This document shows, piece by piece, positions 56,528 to 64,000 of a stretch of DNA of 64,000 nt. The notes under the pieces are model-generated. The model was not told the DNA's origin, searched no databases, and saw only the letters and a list, made by a program, of their open reading frames with translations. The stretch is from a virus (taxonomy: Duplodnaviria; Caudoviricetes): IMG/VR virus record IMGVR_UViG_3300030419_006472, positions 32,001 to 96,000 of that record; one strand, written 5' to 3'. How positions within the stretch are numbered: position 1 is the stretch's first letter; each line of letters opens with the position of its first letter. The translations under genes and the position numbers were made by a program.

Positions 56528-58246
56528 GTGCCCAGGCTAAAAAAAGACGATAAATTCTATTTAGGCAATACAAATTTACCTAACCCTAACATGGAGTACG
56601 AATGGACTCCAGACATGGTCAAATCGCTTAAAAAGGCTAAACAGAACATTCTCTATTTTGCAGAAAACTTTTTTCACATTGTTAACCTTGATCGAGGTAG
56701 AATAAAAATAGACTTATACCCTTGTCAGAAAAGAGTATTACGTAGTCTGAGAGATAACAGATTTGTAGCTTGCTTAGCTAGTAGACAAACAGGCAAAACT
56801 ACCATGATGACGATTTACGCTTTATGGATTGCCTGCTTTCAGGATGATCAACGAATATTAATCGTGGCTAACAAAGAACAAACTGCAATTAGTATTTTTT
56901 CAAGAGTTAGACTCGCATATGAAAATTTACCGAACTATCTTAAACCTGGAGTTTTAGAATATGGTAAAACATCCATGAAATTAGCAAACGGTAGTAGTAT
57001 AGGTATTAGCACTACTAGCTCGGACGCTGGTCGTGGTGAATCTGTAAATGTATTAATTCTAGATGAGTTAGCTTTTATCCCAAATAATCTTGTTGAAGAG
57101 TTTTGGAAGTCAGTATATCCAATTATTTCCTCATCAACAAAATCTAAAATATTTGTAGCATCTACCCCTAATGGTAGTGGTAACTTATTTTACACATTAT
57201 ATACAGAAGCGGAAAAAGGAGTAAACAATTGGAAATCAGAAACTATATTATGGCATGAAGTCCCAGGTAGAGATGAAAAATGGAAACAAGACACTATTAA
57301 GTCTATAGGTAGTGAAGAAGCTTTTGCTCAAGAATTTGATTGTAAGTTTCTTGATACTGGAGATTCATTTATTGATGAAATCTTCTTTGAAAAATTATTA
57401 TCGAATACAACTGAACCGACATATGTATTTGACGATGGGTGTTATAGAGTGTGGGAAGAACCAGATAAAGATCATTTATATACTATTGGTGTTGATGTAG
57501 CAGAAGGGGTCGGTCAAAACTATAGCGTTATACAAGTCTTAGATATAACTGACCTACAAGATATAAAACAAGTTGCAGAGTATGCATCTAACGAAATTAA
57601 CCCGTTTGAGTTTACTACTAAAATTCGTGACATATGTTATCACTGGGGGGCACCACCTGTATTAATAGAGAGAAATAATTGCGGTAGTCAGGTTGTCGAT
57701 AACTTATATCACCAATACAATTATAAAAACATCGTTAATTGGTCTCCTAAAATAGGTCAAGTAAAATATGATAGGCTAGGAGTATACGCTCATACTAATA
57801 CCAAATATAAAGGCATTACTAATATGAGATATTGGATTAACGGTATTAAGTGTGTTGACATAAAATCAAAAACATCTGTCGTAGAGTTGAAAAATTTTGT
57901 ACGATACCCTAACGGGTCATGGGCTGCTCAACCTGGCTTTGATTTTGACGACAGAGTCATGGCAATGGTATGGGCATTATTAATATTAGAAAATAGTGTA
58001 ATACAAAAATATTATAATGTTATAGAAATCGACGATAATCAACGTCCTGCAAAAATTGAATTAGGTCCATATATTGATCAAAAATTTAGTAACTTCTTGC
58101 AAGATTATAAAATGCAAAATATTGATGACAGCTGGAATCCACCTTCAGTACATTTTACAGATATAAATATTTTTAATGAAGACGGAGCTCCTAACTACAA
58201 TACAGATATGGACGAATTAGAAGCACAAGGATATATTAGAGTATGA
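56528..58246 (+). CDS. gp17: Terminase large subunit gp17
   Basis: LYPCQ, SRQTGKTT, LILDELAF, STPNG, QEFDC.F, GVDVAEG, IERN and DDRVMA. Confidence 0.96.
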   Translation: MPRLKKDDKFYLGNTNLPNPNMEYEWTPDMVKSLKKAKQNILYFAENFFHIVNLDRGRIKIDLYPCQKRVLRSLRDNRFVACLASRQTGKTTMMTIYALWIACFQDDQRILIVANKEQTAISIFSRVRLAYENLPNYLKPGVLEYGKTSMKLANGSSIGISTTSSDAGRGESVNVLILDELAFIPNNLVEEFWKSVYPIISSSTKSKIFVASTPNGSGNLFYTLYTEAEKGVNNWKSETILWHEVPGRDEKWKQDTIKSIGSEEAFAQEFDCKFLDTGDSFIDEIFFEKLLSNTTEPTYVFDDGCYRVWEEPDKDHLYTIGVDVAEGVGQNYSVIQVLDITDLQDIKQVAEYASNEINPFEFTTKIRDICYHWGAPPVLIERNNCGSQVVDNLYHQYNYKNIVNWSPKIGQVKYDRLGVYAHTNTKYKGITNMRYWINGIKCVDIKSKTSVVELKNFVRYPNGSWAAQPGFDFDDRVMAMVWALLILENSVIQKYYNVIEIDDNQRPAKIELGPYIDQKFSNFLQDYKMQNIDDSWNPPSVHFTDINIFNEDGAPNYNTDMDELEAQGYIRV

Positions 58247-58830
58247 ATCAAGCACCACTTAATAAAAATAGACATGATAAATTTATACTGGTTTTAAATT
58301 TACCTGAAGGTATAAAAAATATTGTAGATAACATAACCAGAAACACAAATAGAATCGATGCTAATAGTTTAGAAATTAGTGTCGCTGGTACCGTAACACC
58401 TACCATTAGTATACCAGAAAAAACACTACCATACGGTGCGCAAACTATAAAAGTTAGCTCTCATGCTCGACCAGCATATGAATCTTTAAATTTAGATTTT
58501 AAAATTGATAATCAGTTTAATAATTATTGGGCAATATATAAATGGCTTGATATTATTAACGACGTTAAAACTGGTAATTTTAATGAAGATGATATTATAA
58601 AATATCGAGCCGCAGAATCTCCTGCGACCCCCTCTCAGCAACTACCTGTATATTCCTCTAATTTAACAGTATACGGTTTAGATGAATATGAGAATAAAAA
58701 AATTCAATGGGACTATATTGGCGCATTCCCTACTAGATTAGCTGAAATTAAATGGAACTATGCTACAGGAGAAGAAATTACCTCTTCTGCTACTTTTGAA
58801 TTTACACGATTAGAAACAAAGTTAATTTAA
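58243..58830 (+). CDS. Tail-tube-fold protein, probably gp3-like tail completion/sheath stabiliser
   Basis: P.ISIP, YESLNLDFKIDNQFNNY..IYKWL, AFPTRL and ATFEF. Confidence 0.7.
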   Translation: MNQAPLNKNRHDKFILVLNLPEGIKNIVDNITRNTNRIDANSLEISVAGTVTPTISIPEKTLPYGAQTIKVSSHARPAYESLNLDFKIDNQFNNYWAIYKWLDIINDVKTGNFNEDDIIKYRAAESPATPSQQLPVYSSNLTVYGLDEYENKKIQWDYIGAFPTRLAEIKWNYATGEEITSSATFEFTRLETKLI

Positions 58831-58831
58831 A

Positions 58832-59029
58832 ATGCAACAATATCCTGATTTTATATATAATACCAATACTAAAACAGTTATTATAGAAAAGACAGGTAAG
58901 TTTATTGTATCTAGTTCAGAGGTAAGTAGAGACGGTGAATTGATTCCTGAATATTTTACAGATATAAACGCCGTAAAAAAATATTTACAGTATTATGATA
59001 TTAAAGGAACTGTAGGTATAAAAATTTAA
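58832..59029 (+). CDS. Hypothetical protein
   Basis: 65-aa ORF directly after the gp3-like gene. Confidence 0.55.
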   Translation: MQQYPDFIYNTNTKTVIIEKTGKFIVSSSEVSRDGELIPEYFTDINAVKKYLQYYDIKGTVGIKI

Positions 59030-60270
59030 ACGATATTTAACTCTCCTGTAGAATCTCCAAAATGGTGCATATCTATTCCATGCTTATGCAACAAGCTTAC
59101 AAATAAATCACACATTGGTTTTTCTTTTTCTACTCTAAAATGTTTACCTTTATTTTTTCCACCTACTAATAATACCGGTAATTCATCATGATTATGTCTA
59201 TTTCCATCTGATATACCTGCACCATAAATTACATCTGTGTTTTTTAGTAAATTATCTTTTTTGAGCTTAGTAATAAACTCTGAAAACAATCTTACATTAA
59301 ACAAATCTATCATTGCAAGGTCGTGTAATTTTTTAGGGTCTTTTTGATGATGAGACAGACTATGGTGACCATCAGCTATTCCTATCTCTCTATGCGGGCC
59401 ATTATAACCATCGTGTTGTGTTAGAAAGGTTATAACACGTGTTGTGTCATTAAGGAACGCTAGATGCATAAGCTTATATAAAAGTCTTATTTTATCTGAT
59501 TTTTTATTTACTTCAAAATCGAGCTCAAAATCTTTATCAAGTTTAAACCTTTCTCTAGTCTGTAAGTCCTTTTCGACCTCCCTTACTGCATACATATATT
59601 CATCAAGCTTAACTCTATCAGATGTAGGTAGTTTTTCTGACAAGGTCTTACTTTCCTCCAATACAAAATCAAGAATAGATTTTTTATGTACTAATTGTTT
59701 TTGCTCTAACGTCTTTACATTAAAAAGTCTATTAAAAATATCTTGCGGGTCATGCATTGCTGCCATAGGCAGTTGAGCATTCTTCCATGACAAGTTATAT
59801 TGATAAGCACAACTATAACCTGAATCACATTTACCTACTAAACGAGCCTTACTGCCAGTAACTTGTAAACTATCGAATCGAGTGACTCCATTATATTTGT
59901 CGGCTATGTATTGATCAACAGATTTACCTGATCTAATTTTTGATTCATGCTTATGAGCTTGCCTTCCAGTTAAAAATGTAGAAGCTGCTCGAGCATGATC
60001 ACCAGCCCCGTCACCATTAGCTCGTGCTTTATCGTGGGTTAAACCAGAAATAACTTGCGTTTCATTTAAATGAGCTTCAAGTGGAGATAGAGTATTTGGT
60101 ATATCAATTATATCTCCATATGCACTTGGAGTCCAATGGTGCATGTTTATACCATTAGGTACATAAACTACAGCTAATCTTTTTATGTTTTCAGAAACAT
60201 TACCGAAACACTCCAATCCCGGTAAAGCAAACGCCGCTCCTAATGCTCCTATAAACTGTCTCCTGTTCAT
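59026..60270 (-). CDS. DUF1552 (HXXSHH) family protein with Tat-like signal
   Basis: MNRRQFIG...ALP.LE, YVPNG, GDH.R, SVDQ, CDSGYSCAY, TRVITF, HHSLSHH, GNRHNH.ELP and FGDSTG. Confidence 0.9.
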   Translation of the reverse strand: MNRRQFIGALGAAFALPGLECFGNVSENIKRLAVVYVPNGINMHHWTPSAYGDIIDIPNTLSPLEAHLNETQVISGLTHDKARANGDGAGDHARAASTFLTGRQAHKHESKIRSGKSVDQYIADKYNGVTRFDSLQVTGSKARLVGKCDSGYSCAYQYNLSWKNAQLPMAAMHDPQDIFNRLFNVKTLEQKQLVHKKSILDFVLEESKTLSEKLPTSDRVKLDEYMYAVREVEKDLQTRERFKLDKDFELDFEVNKKSDKIRLLYKLMHLAFLNDTTRVITFLTQHDGYNGPHREIGIADGHHSLSHHQKDPKKLHDLAMIDLFNVRLFSEFITKLKKDNLLKNTDVIYGAGISDGNRHNHDELPVLLVGGKNKGKHFRVEKEKPMCDLFVSLLHKHGIDMHHFGDSTGELNIV

Positions 60271-60278
60271 AGAATTAT

Positions 60279-60371
60279 TTAGGATAGATACTTACCAATA
60301 ATTACACCGTTTAGTATAGCAATAATAAATATAATTAACCACCATACATATTTTTGTTTTTTGCTAATCAT
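60279..60371 (-). CDS. 30-aa single-TM peptide (MISKKQKYVWWLIIFIIAILNGVIIGKYLS), not in the ORF track
   Basis: Translated by hand; overlaps the upstream stop and fills the gap before DUF1552. Confidence 0.45.
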   Translation of the reverse strand: MISKKQKYVWWLIIFIIAILNGVIIGKYLS

Positions 60372-60549
60372 CGTCGTCACCTATGTCTTGGTCTTCAGTA
60401 CCATGTTTATACGCATACAGAAGTAAGTACGATGGGGGTCTCTCTTCATCTGTTTCAGTTTGAATCCAATCCTCGTTTCGATGATACAACCCCCGTGCGC
60501 GGTGGTTACGTTGTTTAAGTTCTTTATTTGATGTTTTGTTATTAATCAT
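60364..60549 (-). CDS. Hypothetical protein
   Basis: 61-aa ORF coupled to the ferredoxin. Confidence 0.55.
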   Translation of the reverse strand: MINNKTSNKELKQRNHRARGLYHRNEDWIQTETDEERPPSYLLLYAYKHGTEDQDIGDDDD

Positions 60550-60778
60550 CTCCGTCGTTACCTATTGCTTCCACAGGGCAATTATCCATTGCCTGTTTAC
60601 ACATCTCTTCCTCTTCTTCGTTTTTCGGTTGTTTAAATACGTATGAATAACCTCCATCATTTTCACGTGTAAAATTTTCTGGAGCCTCTTCTCTGCATAA
60701 ATCACAATCTATACACTCTTCGTCTACATAATACCGTCCGGTGACGTTCTCAGGTTGTTTGTAATCTTTATCTGCCAT
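60542..60778 (-). CDS. Single-cluster [4Fe-4S]/[3Fe-4S] ferredoxin
   Basis: YYVDEECIDCDLC...AP.NF...CPVEAIG. Confidence 0.93.
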   Translation of the reverse strand: MADKDYKQPENVTGRYYVDEECIDCDLCREEAPENFTRENDGGYSYVFKQPKNEEEEEMCKQAMDNCPVEAIGNDGDD

Positions 60779-60782
60779 TTTA

Positions 60783-60959
60783 TTATTTTATAGGTTCAAC
60801 AGAGCAACAAGGTCTTTTCTTTCCATCTCTTCGATTAGCACGTGCAATTGCAACTGTAATTTTTTTAGCTTCTAACTTCCCTGATAAAGCTGCCATTTTT
60901 TGGCTCTCTTCAAACGCAGCAATAGTCTCTGCTAATTCTTTTTGCTTTTCGTCGCCCAT
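60783..60959 (-). CDS. Small hypothetical protein (58 aa, MGDEKQKELAE...RPCCSVEPIK), not in the ORF track
   Basis: Translated by hand; TAAATA upstream; fills the rmlA-ferredoxin gap. Confidence 0.6.
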   Translation of the reverse strand: MGDEKQKELAETIAAFEESQKMAALSGKLEAKKITVAIARANRRDGKKRPCCSVEPIK

Positions 60960-60967
60960 AAAAATAT

Positions 60968-61861
60968 TTAATCAAAGCAATAACTCATAACCATATTAGC
61001 CTTATATGAGCACATCGGCATCTTATCTTTAATTTTCCTAAACTCATCATAGGTAATAAATCCTTGTTTATACGCCTCTCCCTCAATACAACCAATCATT
61101 GTCTGAGTTCTATCTTGTATAGATTTAACATACATAGACGCAGCGAACATTTCATCAGGATTACCAGTATCAAACCAAGCATAATTACTGTTTAATGTAT
61201 TATGTCCCAACACGTTATCTTCTAAATAACTTTTATTTAAATCTGTAATTTCTAACTCACCTCTCTCAGATGGCTTTAATGCACGTGCTCTTTTTCCAGC
61301 AGTTTTATCATAAAAATAAATACCCGTTACTGCTAAATTACTATCTGGACAGGTTGGTTTCTCTTGTATAGAAATAACATCCCCATATGAATTTAAATCA
61401 ACCACACCATATTCCGATGGATTTGAAACTTTATAGCTCACAATACATGCCTTATTTCCAAATCGCTGTCCATCATGCACCAGTGGCGCAAGTTTCGGTT
61501 TTTTTATACCAGTAAAAATATTATCTCCAAGAATCAAACATACATCGTCATCGCCTTGCCATTCTTCACCTATAATAAGTGCTTCAGCTATACCCTTAGG
61601 AGATGGTTGAACTTTAAAAGTAAAATTAATTCCTAAGTATGGTTTATCTTTTCCATCTCCTTGATTAAACATACTTAATAAATGAGGATATGATATACCA
61701 TTAGTGATAATCATCACATCTTTAATACCTAATTTTATTAAAGTTGATAGAGGATAATAGATTGTAGGCTTATCGTAAATAGGTAAAAGCTGTTTTGAAA
61801 CTGTTTTTGTACTAGGATATACCCTCGACCCAGTCCCGCCAGCTAAAATGATGCCCTTCAT
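60968..61861 (-). CDS. rmlA: Glucose-1-phosphate thymidylyltransferase
   Basis: GIILAGG.GSR, SKQLLPIYDKP, LGDN, EKP, RGELEITD and WFDTG. Confidence 0.95.
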   Translation of the reverse strand: MKGIILAGGTGSRVYPSTKTVSKQLLPIYDKPTIYYPLSTLIKLGIKDVMIITNGISYPHLLSMFNQGDGKDKPYLGINFTFKVQPSPKGIAEALIIGEEWQGDDDVCLILGDNIFTGIKKPKLAPLVHDGQRFGNKACIVSYKVSNPSEYGVVDLNSYGDVISIQEKPTCPDSNLAVTGIYFYDKTAGKRARALKPSERGELEITDLNKSYLEDNVLGHNTLNSNYAWFDTGNPDEMFAASMYVKSIQDRTQTMIGCIEGEAYKQGFITYDEFRKIKDKMPMCSYKANMVMSYCFD

Positions 61862-61944
61862 ATATTTATATTATACTGCTTATTTCACCAAATCAACTAA
61901 ATTATGACACCGAGAAACAATAAATAATTGTAAAGGTTTTTACT

Positions 61945-64000
61945 ATGAGTAGACGAACAATCCAATCACCAGGTGTAGAAATAAGGGAAATCGATTTAAC
62001 ACAACGACCTGCTGCCGCAGTAGGAACAAGTGTATTTATTGCAGGATTCTCCGATCAGGGACCAACAGACGAGATTTTTAATGTAGGTACATTCGCAGAA
62101 TTTCAAGAAATTTACGGCCAGCCAACTAATGCCGCGGAGAGATATTTTTATCATTCAGCACGCCAAGTATTCAACAGTGATGCTAATGTTTTTTGTTCTC
62201 GTTTACCATACGGTGCCAGTACTGGTGCGAGAAGGTACTCTGCTCTAGCTTACCCAGTCGCCGCGCTTAATACAGCTACAGTTACAGGCTTTAATTCTAC
62301 AACCGGGTCTCTCTCTGTTAATAAATCTACATTTGGTATGGTCAGTGCCATGTGGAATTCCACCGGCGCACAACACGATGGTACAACAGTAGGAACTACT
62401 TCAGGGAGTGGCAACGGCTGGGCTCTTCCAGAAACCGGGTACAACGCAATACAAAACCGCGGTTCAGAATTAGGTGTAGAATTAATCATAAAAGATGCTA
62501 ACGAAAACTTAAATTATATATCTACAACCACGAACATTTATGCTGCGTTATCTGGATCCAGAGGAGATGCCAAAGGCAATGGTACAAACACTGGACCTGA
62601 TTCTTTCTCTACTACCCTAACTGCAGTTGCCTCTGCCTGGTCGGGAGCTACTGAATTTGCTGCTCTTACTGCTACAGGTGCGACATTAGTGGCTGGTGAG
62701 GTGTTTTGTAAAGACGCACATAATTTTGGTAATATGCCATTTGCTGATGATAACGGTACAACAGTATCTTTAAGTTCGTCTAATTATTATGTTATTGGTA
62801 ATCCGTCTTTAATTGAATTAACCGAAGACGAATTCAATGCAGTAAAGGATGGTAATATTACTTGGTCAAATAACTTATCCGCAGGAACTAATAATACATT
62901 TACTAGTAATACAACTGAATTAGGTAAAGCAGGTATTATTGTTTTAAATAAAGGCGCTACGTATACTAACGACAATTTTGAAGGTTATTATGCTGCGATA
63001 TCAGATAGTTCTAGTACTAACCCATCCACTCCTTATGATACAGCTGGTGCTCGTATTTATACTACAGCATCAACAGGAGATAAAACTCCAGCTGCTTTTG
63101 CGACTGTTCCAACATCTCGATACGACTTCTCATTATCCGGGTCTGCAACTGATGAAAAGAGTAATGTGAGTAAATCTCTTGAAAATATCTCTAAATGGGA
63201 GCTAGGACCTGAGTTTATTGACTGTATTAATTTAGGTATTTTTAAAGTCAGAAACACTCCATTCTCAAATTCTGAAATTGAACTAACTCAATTTTTAGCA
63301 GAAGGGTATACAGGTTCATTAGATTCCTCTAGAAAGGTTCAAAACGAAAACGGTGGACCACAAAAATCAATTTTCATTGAAAATGTTGAATCTGGTTCTC
63401 CTAATATTCAAGTTTTAGTAAACCCGTATATTAGTACAAAGAGTGGATCATGGACAGCGAGTGAAGGAGCACCTAGTAAATTCGTACGAACACTTCATAC
63501 TAATAGTACAAATGCTGGTTGCTTGCAAGCCGCCATGGGTGCAATTAGCGCCGCGCAGAATCTCGCCGGTGGCCAGGCTCTTGCAACAGCACCAATATCA
63601 ACGAGATTAAGGACCGCTCATGCTAACTTTTCGAAAGAGCAAGGGTTATGGCCGTTAGGTGTTTATAGTAGTACAACTAATGATGTAACTAATAAAAATA
63701 TTGGCAGTATTCCAGATAAGTTGGATAGAGTGTTTGAAATTGGTAGTAACGTTGATGTGTTTGAAATGGACGTTACTATCGAAGCTGGATTAGGAACAAT
63801 TCATGCTATAGGTAATGGATCAACATTTGATGATACTATTTTTAGAGATGTTGGTGATGCAAGTGCAGGTACAGGATTCTATACACCAGATCCTAACATG
63901 AAAGACAACTCTGGAGGTACAGCAATAGCCGATAGGAATAATTATATAACTGTATTCAATAGATTTGAATCATTTGCACGTGAAACAAGAAAAGATCATA
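61945..64000 (+). CDS. gp18: Contractile tail sheath protein gp18, truncated at the window end
   Basis: Translated by hand: MSRRTIQSPGVEIREIDLT...GFSDQGP...EF.EIYGQP. No stop was found before the window end; TAAATA at about 61921. Confidence 0.92.
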   Translation, partial: MSRRTIQSPGVEIREIDLTQRPAAAVGTSVFIAGFSDQGPTDEIFNVGTFAEFQEIYGQPTNAAERYFYHSARQVFNSDANVFCSRLPYGASTGARRYSALAYPVAALNTATVTGFNSTTGSLSVNKSTFGMVSAMWNSTGAQHDGTTVGTTSGSGNGWALPETGYNAIQNRGSELGVELIIKDANENLNYISTTTNIYAALSGSRGDAKGNGTNTGPDSFSTTLTAVASAWSGATEFAALTATGATLVAGEVFCKDAHNFGNMPFADDNGTTVSLSSSNYYVIGNPSLIELTEDEFNAVKDGNITWSNNLSAGTNNTFTSNTTELGKAGIIVLNKGATYTNDNFEGYYAAISDSSSTNPSTPYDTAGARIYTTASTGDKTPAAFATVPTSRYDFSLSGSATDEKSNVSKSLENISKWELGPEFIDCINLGIFKVRNTPFSNSEIELTQFLAEGYTGSLDSSRKVQNENGGPQKSIFIENVESGSPNIQVLVNPYISTKSGSWTASEGAPSKFVRTLHTNSTNAGCLQAAMGAISAAQNLAGGQALATAPISTRLRTAHANFSKEQGLWPLGVYSSTTNDVTNKNIGSIPDKLDRVFEIGSNVDVFEMDVTIEAGLGTIHAIGNGSTFDDTIFRDVGDASAGTGFYTPDPNMKDNSGGTAIADRNNYITVFNRFESFARETRKDH

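Noticed and set aside
35326-58246. Inteins, introns or homing endonucleases in gp43, gp41, uvsX and gp17
   Set aside because: Lengths are typical, motifs are contiguous, and no splice-junction or LAGLIDADG/HNH/GIY-YIG motifs were seen.
1013-63257. Many short opposite-strand or off-frame ORFs in the track (for example 1267-1578, 18163-18567, 32155-32529, 34424-34834, 55280-55621, 59444-59776, 62250-63257)
   Set aside because: They lie within or antisense to well-supported genes, lack motifs and promoters, and look like shadow frames of AT-rich coding DNA.
1-64000. Stop-codon reassignment
   Set aside because: Core genes are full length in the standard code, and TAA, TAG and TGA all occur as stops at coupled gene junctions.
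1-64000. CRISPR array, tRNAs or structured ncRNA
   Set aside because: No regularly spaced repeats or cloverleafs were found by eye, and intergenic gaps are almost all under about 80 bp. tRNAscan-SE and Infernal would be needed to exclude them fully.

Overview
This window is a fragment of a large, AT-rich, T4-like myophage genome, read in the standard genetic code and densely coding. No tRNA, rRNA, CRISPR array, intron or intein was seen. (1) 1-16.9 kb is a glycan-modification island: about 10 glycosyltransferase domains, 4 methyltransferase domains, 2 CMP-ulosonate synthetases, an HpcH aldolase, a dehydrogenase/GT29 sialyltransferase-like fusion and a radical SAM/SPASM enzyme. (2) 16.9-26.1 kb holds phoH, a nucleotide kinase, queE and queD, six tandem SGNH-like paralogues, and folE. 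(3) 28.9-52.3 kb is the T4-type replication/recombination core (uvsY, uvsW, gp55, gp47, gp46, gp43, uvsX, gp41, gp32, probable gp45, rnh, gp61). Inserted into it are queC-guaC-GATase-GT2, a GT-B enzyme and NDP-rhamnose enzymes. (4) 52-64 kb holds late/virion genes (gp14, gp17, gp3-like, start of gp18) plus host-like genes (Tat-signal DUF1552 protein, ferredoxin, rmlA). The strongest candidates for an undescribed system are a dispersed 7-deazaguanine pathway coupled to GMP reductase, a kinase and glycosyltransferases with no DpdA in the window, and the late-expressed six-member SGNH array with hypervariable inserts. A NeuB-independent ulosonic-acid glycosylation pathway and a near-leaderless promoter architecture are also notable. 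All family calls come from motifs recognised by eye; no database search was run.
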